DNA from: a virus | Length of the DNA stretch: 64,000 bases | Virus record (IMG/VR): IMGVR_UViG_3300045988_079665 | Reading direction: 5' to 3' (one strand) | Shown here: positions 53,243 through 61,306 of the stretch, piece by piece | How positions within the stretch are numbered: the stretch's first letter is position 1 | Layout: every line of letters starts with the position of its first letter | Translations under genes and position numbers: made by a program | Notes under the pieces: generated by a model | What the model saw: only the letters and a program-made list of their open reading frames with translations | What the model was told of the DNA's origin: nothing | Databases searched by the model: none

Positions 53243-53271
53243 ATTATATCACAGCCATTTGCATTTGTCAA
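53243..53271 (-). promoter_or_regulatory. sigma-A type promoter TTGACA-17-TATAAT
   Basis: attata at 53243-53248 and tgtcaa at 53266-53271. Confidence 0.7.
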
Positions 53272-53436
53272 GCATAATTTTTGGCAAATTGATTTTTCCC
53301 ATCAATTTAACTATTATCTACGAATGTATATGAGTAGATAATAGTTAAATTGTAATTATATATTATTATATATACTAATAGATATTATAACATAGAAAGT
53401 ATGTAATGTCAATAGAAAAATTTTTTATTTTACCAC

Positions 53437-53465
53437 TTGACAAAGTGATGAATATATGGTATAAT
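53437..53465 (+). promoter_or_regulatory. sigma-A type promoter TTGACA-17-TGgTATAAT (extended -10)
   Basis: ttgaca at 53437-53442 and tataat at 53460-53465, with TG at 53457-53458. Confidence 0.75.
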
Positions 53466-53475
53466 ATAGTAAATA

Positions 53476-53497
53476 AGTAAATACGTTAGTATTTACT
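53476..53497 (+). promoter_or_regulatory. perfect 9-bp hairpin AGTAAATAC-GTTA-GTATTTACT in the 5' leader
   Basis: Read directly; shares the AATACGTTAGTATT core with 47257-47274. Confidence 0.55.
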
Positions 53498-53558
53498 TAT
53501 ACATTGTTTCTTTCTTTTGGTTCTTTTCTTTCTTAGAATTTATAGATAGGAGATAAAT

Positions 53559-54137
53559 ATGGAAAATAATAACGTTGTATATAAGCACACTAACTTAGAA
53601 AATGGATTGGTCTATTATGGGATTGCTGAAAATTATGTAACAAGATGGAATGACGGCTTTGGATACCAAACAAATCAGAGATTTTGGAAAGATATAGTAA
53701 AATATGGATGGAAAAATTTTAAGCATGAGATACTTGTGGAAAATCTAACTCGCGATGAGGCAAAATTTTATGAAGGTATGCTAATTCAAGAAACAGGCTC
53801 GTATCTTCCTGAGAACGGATATAATCAAAGTCTTGGCGAACATATGAATTATCAAGAAGTAACACCTGATGATATTAGAGATGACATTATTAGAACACAA
53901 AGACCAAGAACTGGGCGTGCAGGTACACCAGTTGTTTGCAATGGAAAGACGTATTTGACGATTGCTGAATTGTCCGAAGAAATCAATGAAGATGCTGGTG
54001 TGCTTGCTCAGATGCTAAGTCCTGCTTGCACAAGAAAAATGTCTAAAATTTATGAAGATATGGGGCTTAGATATGCTACAGAAGATGAAATTCTTGCCTG
54101 TGTGAATGAGCGAATGGAAAGAGATATCTTGGGTTGA
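53559..54137 (+). CDS. GIY-YIG homing endonuclease
   Basis: N-terminal VYKHTNLENGLVYYGIA (GIY...YIG spacing) and downstream R/E residues. A C-terminal region has a DNA-binding-like GTPVVCNGKTYLTIAELSE module. Confidence 0.65.
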   Translation: MENNNVVYKHTNLENGLVYYGIAENYVTRWNDGFGYQTNQRFWKDIVKYGWKNFKHEILVENLTRDEAKFYEGMLIQETGSYLPENGYNQSLGEHMNYQEVTPDDIRDDIIRTQRPRTGRAGTPVVCNGKTYLTIAELSEEINEDAGVLAQMLSPACTRKMSKIYEDMGLRYATEDEILACVNERMERDILG

Positions 54138-54162
54138 CAAATAATCAAATATATGATATAAT
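54134..54162 (+). promoter_or_regulatory. sigma-A type promoter TTGACA-17-TGaTATAAT
   Basis: ttgaca at 54134-54139 and tataat at 54157-54162. Precedes the RNAP operon. Confidence 0.75.
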
Positions 54163-54191
54163 AGCATTAAGCTCAAGGAGGTGGTAAGAAA

Positions 54192-54335
54192 TTGTGGAGC
54201 GAGATGAGCTATAACTGGTATGTATCGGAAGATACAGAGCCAGAAGTATGGGATGATGAATATGAACCAACTGAGCGCGATTGGGTGCTTTGGATATATG
54301 GTAGTTCAGAGAATGAATTAGAGGTGATTTATTAA
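54192..54335 (+). CDS. small acidic protein (about 43-47 aa)
   Basis: AAGGAGG at 54174-54180, TTG at 54192 or ATG at 54204, TAA at 54333-54335. Translates as ...MSYNWYVSEDTEPEVWDDEYEPTERDWVLWIYGSSENELEVIY. Confidence 0.35.
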   Translation: MWSEMSYNWYVSEDTEPEVWDDEYEPTERDWVLWIYGSSENELEVIY

Positions 54336-56924
54336 GTGCCATTAACAGAGTTCTGTTATATACCTTCTGTGGCAACGGATGCTTTTTATACGCCAGAGGA
54401 ACAAGTAATACATAATCGACTTGTCAAGCTATATGCCTTGAGAATGCGCGAGAAGAATGGTCAGAATCGAAAATGGCGTGTTTCATCAATTAACCGTGTT
54501 ATCAAGAAGCATAAAGATGAACTTGTTGAGTTGCTGAGAAAATCGCTTGAAGACAACATTACAAGAGAACTTAATCCAGATGCGGTAACAGATAAGACAA
54601 TTATTAACCTGTTTTGTTCTGAGTTGACTCGTAGCCTTGGCATTAAGACATTTGAGCGAAGTGACAAAATTATTATTGTCAATGTTTTCTTTTTCGAGGT
54701 ATTAAACAGCATCATTCATAATGGATTCAATTACAATGGGGAGCATTATATTTTCTATTCATGTGGCGCTGGCATGATACGTACAAAGCGATTTATGGCT
54801 GTTCGTGAAAAAGATTATTTGGCGGTTGAACAAACCCTCATGTGTGGACTGACCATTGAATCAATCAATGCGCTGGGTGGCATGAATGAAAATAAACTAT
54901 TGAGCTATAAGAGCCTTATGGCATCTGCAACAGATAGAATTACAGACTTTGACATAGACCGTTGCATTATAGTTGATGATTTCGAAATGCCAGTTATGGC
55001 TGAATCAGATTTCATTGATTATACGGATTATAGCATTACGCGTAAAACATCAGAGACAATTATAGCTGAAACTGACGGTTGGGGAATGTGTTGCAAGCCC
55101 GGATTTAAGACACAGATTGTTCGTGCGCCTTGGATAAAAGGACTAGTGTCATACTTTGATTTTAGGGCATGGTTAAAGGAATATTGTCCTGCCGACGATT
55201 GGACTGTAACTGATATATACGGAAGAGAATGGAATATTATTGTGGATGACATTCAGTATATATTAACTAAATCAATGTTTAAGTTGTATAAATTTTATCC
55301 ATCTTGGCTTTGCTACAAGACTAATTTTAAGAGTTATGGTTGTTATTTTGGATGCTGTAAAGTTGAGGAAGATTATATACCAAAGGCGCGAATCAATTAT
55401 CAGATGCTTCAATCTCTAAGTGATATGACGGATAATGAGATTGAGCGGCTTATTGCCAAGACAGCAGATGAAATTAATAGTGTCGGGAGAGATTATCAAA
55501 CTACCATGAGACTATTAGGCGCGACTGAATACAATCAAACAAAATCAGCCATGCAAGAAGCGTTGACAATATATCCAGAATTATTTAAAGATGCGTATAA
55601 CCGGGAGTTGTTGAAACAGACAAAGAAAAGTTTGGTAAAACAAGCAAAAGGTGGCAGATTGAGAATTAACGGCAAATACCTGTTTATTTCGCCTGACCCT
55701 GTGGCATTTTGTGAGTGGTTGTTCAAAGGTGAGCAATTCCCAACTGGTATACTTGAGAATGGAGAGGTTTATACTAATCAATTCAAAGATGGTGACGAGC
55801 TTGATTGTTTGAGAAGCCCACACTTGTATCAGGAACACGCGGTTAGAATCAACAAGCGAAATGGGCTGACCGATAAATGGCTTGGCGGAACAAAATGCAT
55901 ATATTTCAGTGCACACGATATGATTAGTCGTATATTACAACAGGACTTTGATGGGGATATTTCCTTGGTTGTGAAGGATAAGACGTTGACAACTGTGGCA
56001 AAGCGCAATATGCAAGGAATTGTACCGTTATCGTATGACCTCAAAAAAGCACGTGGCGGTATTATTGATGCGGATAGACTGTATGAAGGTGTAAGTACTG
56101 CATATACAGGTGGGTCGATTGGCCCGATTAGTAATGCAATCAGTAAGGTAAAAAATGCTAATGGTGGTAAAATGACTGAGGAGCAAATTAGAGTAATTGC
56201 TTGGCTTACAATGAAGAACAATCAAATTATTGATTTTGCGAAAACGTTATGGAAAAGTGAGCCACCAAAAGAAATTGCAGATATTATAAAAAAATATACA
56301 AAGTCAAAATTGCCTCATTTTTTTATCTATGCCAAAGACAAAGACCCAGATACTCAAGTTGAGTTGCCAAATAATTCCACGATGAATCGTATATCAGCCA
56401 AAATCCCTACTTCTCGAATTCGATATAATAACAAGATTGGGAAATTCGATTGGACGATGTTGATAAATAAATCAGTCGATTATACTACTAGAGAAAATTC
56501 ACCAATCATTGAGCGGTATAATTGGTGGATGTGGAATCAGCGCCGATTTGATTATGGCGATGACCCGCATATCAATGAGGACGATTTATATAAATATCGT
56601 CGCATAGCACAAGATATTGTGGAATATAGCAACGAGCCACTAGATGTTGTGGCAAATAGCCTAGTTGCTTATCTATATACAGTTAAAAAATCAAGCAATA
56701 AGAAAATGCTGTGGGCTTGTTTCGGTTGGACGATTGTAGAGAATTTGAGAACCAATACGGCGCAACTTAATCCAATCTGTCCCATTTGCGGCAAGCGCTT
56801 CAAGCCGCGAGATGTATGTCAGCATTATTGCTCAGAGGAATGTTATAAGAAAGCAGATAATCAGAGGCGTACTGAATCGCGCGAAGCCCCACCTGTCCGC
56901 ACGGGGGACATGTTAAAACAGTAG
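54336..56924 (+). CDS. YonO-like single-subunit two-barrel RNA polymerase
   Basis: 862 aa. DFDGD metal-binding motif at nt 55944-55958 (ILQQDFDGDISLVV, compare beta-prime NADFDGD). An upstream YIFYSCGAGMIRTKRFMAV segment resembles the first-barrel motif of RdRP/YonO-type enzymes. C-terminal zinc ribbon CPICG...CQHYCSEEC. GTG start behind GAGGTG. Confidence 0.7.
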   Translation: MPLTEFCYIPSVATDAFYTPEEQVIHNRLVKLYALRMREKNGQNRKWRVSSINRVIKKHKDELVELLRKSLEDNITRELNPDAVTDKTIINLFCSELTRSLGIKTFERSDKIIIVNVFFFEVLNSIIHNGFNYNGEHYIFYSCGAGMIRTKRFMAVREKDYLAVEQTLMCGLTIESINALGGMNENKLLSYKSLMASATDRITDFDIDRCIIVDDFEMPVMAESDFIDYTDYSITRKTSETIIAETDGWGMCCKPGFKTQIVRAPWIKGLVSYFDFRAWLKEYCPADDWTVTDIYGREWNIIVDDIQYILTKSMFKLYKFYPSWLCYKTNFKSYGCYFGCCKVEEDYIPKARINYQMLQSLSDMTDNEIERLIAKTADEINSVGRDYQTTMRLLGATEYNQTKSAMQEALTIYPELFKDAYNRELLKQTKKSLVKQAKGGRLRINGKYLFISPDPVAFCEWLFKGEQFPTGILENGEVYTNQFKDGDELDCLRSPHLYQEHAVRINKRNGLTDKWLGGTKCIYFSAHDMISRILQQDFDGDISLVVKDKTLTTVAKRNMQGIVPLSYDLKKARGGIIDADRLYEGVSTAYTGGSIGPISNAISKVKNANGGKMTEEQIRVIAWLTMKNNQIIDFAKTLWKSEPPKEIADIIKKYTKSKLPHFFIYAKDKDPDTQVELPNNSTMNRISAKIPTSRIRYNNKIGKFDWTMLINKSVDYTTRENSPIIERYNWWMWNQRRFDYGDDPHINEDDLYKYRRIAQDIVEYSNEPLDVVANSLVAYLYTVKKSSNKKMLWACFGWTIVENLRTNTAQLNPICPICGKRFKPRDVCQHYCSEECYKKADNQRRTESREAPPVRTGDMLKQ

Positions 56925-57012
56925 GAAATATATGGATAAAATTAACTCACCACAATATGTTGTGGTAGACTAATAGGGAGACATATCTTTGAAATGAAGG
57001 GTGGTGAATGTG

Positions 57013-58104
57013 ATGGCATACATGGCTTATAAATTTAGGATGTATCCCAATACTGAACAGGAAAATCTTATAATAAAGACATTTGGTTGTGTTCGGTTTA
57101 TTTATAATAAGATGCTTGAAGATAAAATAAAGTTTTATGAATGTACAAAGAAAAGATTAAATAATACTCCCGCACAATATAAAAAAGAATATCTTTGGTT
57201 AAGAGAAGTTGACGCTTTTGCTTTGTGCAACGCACAAATTCATTTGCAAGCAGCATATAATAATTTTTTTAAGAATCCAAAGAGCGGGTTTCCTAAATTT
57301 AAGAGTAAGAAAACGGGCAAGAATAGTTATACAACAAATAACCATTCGGAAAATATAAGGATTGTAGATAAAACTATTAAACTTCCGAAACTTGGAATGG
57401 TTAAAATAAAGCAACACAGAGAAATCAAGCAAAATCAAAAAATTAAGTCTGTTACCATCACAAGAAAACCATCTGGGAAATACTTTGTATCAATTTTAGT
57501 TGAATATAATATTGTTGAAAAGTCGGTAAAATTAAATAAGGAAAAATCGATTGGACTTGATTATTCAAGTCATAGCTTTTACGTCGATAGCCAATGTGTA
57601 GAAGCAGATTATCCACGATTTTATCGAGCGTCTCAAGATCATTTGTCCAAAGAGCAAAGGAAGTTGGCTACAATGAAGAAAGGTAGCAACAATTATTATA
57701 AGCAAAAAGTAAAAATTGCTACTATTCAAGAAAAAATAGCAAACCAAAGAAAAGATTGGATGCACAAATTAAGTACAGAATTATCAAATAAGTACGATTA
57801 TATTTGCGTTGAAGATATAAATTTACAACAAATGTCACAGCATTTAAATCTTGGGAAATCTACATATGACAATGGATTTGGTATGTTTAGAGATATGCTT
57901 TTTTATAAATTAAAGCAAAGAGGGAAAAAGTTCATCAAGATTGATAAATGGTATCCATCTAGTAAAATGTGTAGATATTGTGGCACGATAAATTCTAATT
58001 TAACTCTAAGCCAAAGAGTATGGACATGTGAATGTGGAAAAGTGCTTAATAGGGATGAAAATGCAGCGATTAACATATTGAACGCTGGATTAAGTATGAT
58101 ATAA
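57013..58104 (+). CDS. tnpB: TnpB RNA-guided endonuclease (OrfB_IS605 + zinc ribbon)
   Basis: MAYKFRMYPNTEQ N-terminus. RuvC triad candidates IGLDYS, ICVEDINL and NRDENAAINI. Zinc ribbon CRYCG...CECG. Confidence 0.85.
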   Translation: MAYMAYKFRMYPNTEQENLIIKTFGCVRFIYNKMLEDKIKFYECTKKRLNNTPAQYKKEYLWLREVDAFALCNAQIHLQAAYNNFFKNPKSGFPKFKSKKTGKNSYTTNNHSENIRIVDKTIKLPKLGMVKIKQHREIKQNQKIKSVTITRKPSGKYFVSILVEYNIVEKSVKLNKEKSIGLDYSSHSFYVDSQCVEADYPRFYRASQDHLSKEQRKLATMKKGSNNYYKQKVKIATIQEKIANQRKDWMHKLSTELSNKYDYICVEDINLQQMSQHLNLGKSTYDNGFGMFRDMLFYKLKQRGKKFIKIDKWYPSSKMCRYCGTINSNLTLSQRVWTCECGKVLNRDENAAINILNAGLSMI

Positions 58105-58200
58105 ATAAAAAATAACCGTAGGGGCTACGGAGTTAGCTTGTTGATACTTATGCTTTAAGCATATTGAGCAAGAAATTTGTTGAAACACAAATAGCCCACT
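58105..58200 (+). ncRNA. 3' part of the putative omega (right-end) RNA scaffold of the TnpB element
   Basis: Stacked hairpins immediately after the tnpB stop: CCGTAG/CTACGG, GCTTG...GCAAG enclosing ATGCTT/AAGCAT, and TTTGT/ACAAA. Confidence 0.45.
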
Positions 58201-58218
58201 AGGGAAAGGACGATATAA

Positions 58219-58638
58219 TTGCATAAAAATAAATATCCTCGGCTAGGCAAAGCCGATATGAGCAAAGAGCTACGACGGCGCACAGGCGTTGATTCTAAAA
58301 TCATTGAGCTAGTGTTAAGAAACTATCATGACATTATTCGTGAGACACTACAACATGGCGTGGAATATTCTTTGCCAGATATTGGTGTTATTACATTCCG
58401 CGACCACCCACCAAAGCCAGCTGGCGAATATTGGAACGGATTCCAAAAGCGGCGTATGTACTATCCTGACAGAATGGGATATTATCGACTAGAGTTTAAG
58501 GCTGAGAAACATATGGCTAGTTATGTAAAAGCTGGTACATTGTATGGTAAAGGCCCGACAAAAGAAGAATGGGATGCTTGGGTATTAGAGAATTATCCTA
58601 ATAATCCTAAGTTTGCTAAGGAAGAAGAAGATGGCTGA
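58219..58638 (+). CDS. divergent HU/IHF-fold DNA-binding protein (paralog 1)
   Basis: MSKELRRRTGVDSKIIELVLRNYHDIIRETLQHG...DIGVITF...extended arm...RLEFKAEKHM follows HU topology. The start is either TTG 58219 (RBS GGGAAAGGA) or ATG 58258. Confidence 0.5.
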   Translation: MHKNKYPRLGKADMSKELRRRTGVDSKIIELVLRNYHDIIRETLQHGVEYSLPDIGVITFRDHPPKPAGEYWNGFQKRRMYYPDRMGYYRLEFKAEKHMASYVKAGTLYGKGPTKEEWDAWVLENYPNNPKFAKEEEDG

Positions 58639-59194
58639 ATATAATAAGCTGAATCAAGAATTTTATGCTTATGCTGGTGGATTGCTCAATGTATCGCCAC
58701 AGACTGCCAAGAAATATTGGATGGGGTTTGTTGATACTATCATCCATATTCTTCATTTTGATGGCAAATGCCAAATGCCAAGTGTAGGCACATTTACACT
58801 AGAAGAATTGCCTGAGCGTAGAGTAATGGCTAAGAATGAGCAGGGTGAACTTGTTGAGCAAATTAACCCTGCTTGGTTTAAGATATTATACAAATATAAT
58901 GAGGATTTTCTTAATAACGTAAATGGACGCGGCGTTACAAAGAAATATCGTAGGCGTGTTCGTGAACGTAAGTTGACACCAAATGATCTCAAGCTGATAA
59001 CTCAAGCTGAAATGGAACGAACGGCAAAGCGAACATTAGAGCAAATGCAAAATGAGCGCATTGAGAAAGCAAAGCAACAGAGCTATGATGATTTTATCAA
59101 TGTCATCAATCAGAAAAAAGAAGATTATGAACGGAAAAAGAAGGAAAAGGAACAGAAATTGAATGAATCTAATGAAGATACGACAAGCGACTGA
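58631..59194 (+). CDS. divergent HU/IHF-fold DNA-binding protein (paralog 2) with Lys/Glu-rich tail
   Basis: NQEFYAYAGGLLNVSPQTAKKYWMGFVDTIIHIL...SVGTFTLEE...FKILYKYNEDF. Start set at MAEYNK, overlapping the upstream stop. Confidence 0.45.
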   Translation: MAEYNKLNQEFYAYAGGLLNVSPQTAKKYWMGFVDTIIHILHFDGKCQMPSVGTFTLEELPERRVMAKNEQGELVEQINPAWFKILYKYNEDFLNNVNGRGVTKKYRRRVRERKLTPNDLKLITQAEMERTAKRTLEQMQNERIEKAKQQSYDDFINVINQKKEDYERKKKEKEQKLNESNEDTTSD

Positions 59195-60347
59195 GCTGCT
59201 AGATAGCAAATTGATTGACTTGCAAGAATGGACGGCTCGTTGTCTTGGTGAGGATTATAGGGGCGTCTGGTCAGAGGAATATTTACGTCGATGTGCTGTG
59301 TTTGTTCGCAATATGCTAAATGGCGCAGACGATTGTGAGTCAGACGAAAAAGACGCTGAGATTTTAGCCCAGCTTAAAGAAGCAAAAATTGAGTTAGAGA
59401 AAGAACGCAAGAAATTACAGAGCGAGAATATTCAGTATGTTCAAAATCAGAGACTTGACGCAAGAGCAGACTTGATTCAAGAAAAGATTGCTGAGTCGAT
59501 TAAGAACCTTGAGCCGTTTACTATTCGTGAGTTTAACATTCTGCCGCAAATGAATGTAAGTGGACTTCTTTGTATTTCTGACCTTCATGCTGGCTCGACC
59601 TATGAAATCAAGGGTGCATATAATGAAATTGTAAACAAGTACAATTTTGATATTATGAGGGCGCGGCTTGATGGGTTGCTTAACAAGATGTGTAATGATG
59701 ACAACTGCATCTGGATTGATGATATTACGGTTGCTGTGCTCGGTGACTGCGTAGAGAATATTTTACGTACATCTAGTTTAACTAAGCTAAGAGAGCCAGT
59801 TATTGATACGGTTATCAAGTTGTCTGAATATCTGGCTGATTGGTTTGTTGAGTTACATGACCGGCTTGAAATTCCTGTTAATGTGGTGATGGTTGGTGGT
59901 AACCATGATGTATGCCGCCCGTTGACATCTAAGCCACAGTTTGAGGAAGAAAATCTAGGTAAAATCATTGTATGGTATCTACAAGAGCGGTTAAAGTCAG
60001 TAGATGGAATTACAGTTGATGATTACACAGATTGTGCTATTAAATACATTAAGAACAATGCAATCATGCTTCATCATGGGGATGGCGGCGATGTAACTGA
60101 GACAATGCGATATTTTGAAAATTTATATAATATTGACATTGATGAATGCTACGTTGGGCATCTACACCGACAAGAAATGAAGAATGCTGGTATTACTGAG
60201 TTAGGTGATAAACTGTGTTGGCGCGTTGGCTCGGTATGCGGTGTTGATGGATTTGCCAAGTCTATTCGTAAAGCATCAAGACCATCTTGTATGTTTACTA
60301 CATATTCAGAAGATGGTGCAGAATGGCGTAAAACATTTTATCTTTAA
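59163..60347 (+). CDS. calcineurin-like metallophosphoesterase with coiled-coil N-terminus
   Basis: Motifs ISDLHAG (DxH), LGDCVEN (GD), GGNHD, LHHGD and VGHLHR. Confidence 0.7.
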   Translation: MNLMKIRQATELLDSKLIDLQEWTARCLGEDYRGVWSEEYLRRCAVFVRNMLNGADDCESDEKDAEILAQLKEAKIELEKERKKLQSENIQYVQNQRLDARADLIQEKIAESIKNLEPFTIREFNILPQMNVSGLLCISDLHAGSTYEIKGAYNEIVNKYNFDIMRARLDGLLNKMCNDDNCIWIDDITVAVLGDCVENILRTSSLTKLREPVIDTVIKLSEYLADWFVELHDRLEIPVNVVMVGGNHDVCRPLTSKPQFEEENLGKIIVWYLQERLKSVDGITVDDYTDCAIKYIKNNAIMLHHGDGGDVTETMRYFENLYNIDIDECYVGHLHRQEMKNAGITELGDKLCWRVGSVCGVDGFAKSIRKASRPSCMFTTYSEDGAEWRKTFYL

Positions 60348-60349
60348 TA

Positions 60350-60378
60350 TTGACAATCAATAGATTATGTGATATAAT
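60350..60378 (+). promoter_or_regulatory. sigma-A type promoter TTGACA-17-TGaTATAAT firing into an ORF-free region
   Basis: ttgaca at 60350-60355 and tataat at 60373-60378, with TG at 60370-60371. Confidence 0.75.
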
Positions 60379-60384
60379 ACAACT

Positions 60385-61306
60385 ATGGAATTGCGGCTAA
60401 TATCTGCGGAGTTAGCCTTGGCTTGGGGATGCGTCCTACAAGTCTCATAATAGAGGAAAAGTCTGAACTCTTTTCGCCGTCACAAGACGGAATTTAGAAC
60501 AATCGGTAGCGTCAGTTGCAAATGGCGCTACCAACTTAAATTGATTCATTCTCTGCTAGGTGATAGCTATTTTAGCTGTGTTAATCATGCTTGTGGGGCG
60601 ATTGACCCACCTAGTAGAGTTGGATATCTTCGCCGTGAATCTGCAATTCAGCAGAGCCTGATACGAGCGTGTCATATACTGTGGCGAGATATGACAATTT
60701 ATCTCGTGTACCATGCGTACATGGAGTTTTCAGGGTCGTTTATGGCGGCTCTTGCAAAATCCTATCCTTGACGATAGGCGTATAGCAACAGGTGTGTTAT
60801 ACGAGCGTATGAAGCATAGAACCGGGTTGTCTTTCGGCAATATGTGGACGTTAATCGAAGGTTTGCGGTATACCATATGGCAACAATGAAAACCGCATCG
60901 CCATTAGAACGATGCAAAGGCGAGATGTGATGGCATCTAATACCCATTGCACCATAATACCGAGCGACACGGTAAATATGTCGCACTTGTAAAATGATAA
61001 AACATAACAATGAGTGGCGCTCGATACCGGCATGCGCTTGATAAATACCGGACATTGATGAGTCCCTAGGCAAGGACAATAAACTACCTGTCGCTACTAC
61101 TCATTGGCGGCTATGAATATCCGAAAGGAGGTCACTATTCTCTTGAATTATCCACTGGTTTATCCGAAGCATAATTAAAGAAAGGATGGTGGTCAGAGCC
61201 AATCGGCTCATATCTACAATAAGCCCAACTCAATGGGAACTGTTGTTTAACTGAATATTGAACCTTGACAAATACAAAGCAGCTGAGAGCAATCTTGGCT
61301 GCTTTG
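60385..61306 (+). ncRNA. ~0.9-kb promoter-to-terminator ORF-free transcript; candidate large structured RNA
   Basis: No RBS-led ORF. At least 9 local 5-7-bp hairpins (for example 60505-60532, 60685-60706, 60779-60803, 60895-60915, 60964-60984). GC-richer by eye than the flanks. Confidence 0.5.

Larger units (their letters stand above)
56930..58200 (+). mobile_element. IS200/IS605-family (IS1341-like, tnpA-less) element carrying tnpB; boundaries approximate
   Basis: Subterminal hairpins CCACAA-tatg-TTGTGG (56950-56965) and CCGTAG-ggg-CTACGG (58116-58130). The tnpB ORF sits between the RNAP and HU-like genes. Confidence 0.65.

Noticed and set aside
60451-60468. TAGAGGAAAAGTCTGAAC resembles the RNase P RNA CR-I element (GAGGAAAGUCC).
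   Set aside because: - It has one extra A.
- I could not find the other universally conserved RNase P blocks (for example ACAGNAACAUGGCUUACAG or the GGUAAACCCC context).
- The unit is more than twice the size of RNase P RNA.
- I treat it as coincidence pending a cmsearch.
60800-60832. GAGCGTATGAAGCATAGAACCGGG looked a little like group II intron domain V.
   Set aside because: - The helix does not close in the domain V pattern. There is no 5-bp AGC-containing lower stem with a 2-nt bulge and no GNRA loop.
- There is no GUGYG 5' end.
- There is no RT/maturase ORF.
61265-61270. TTGACA upstream of the small terminase gene as a sigma-A promoter.
   Set aside because: - No acceptable -10 hexamer lies at 16-18 nt. 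The sequence there is AGCAAT, inside the terminator hairpin loop.
- The hexamer probably occurs by chance.
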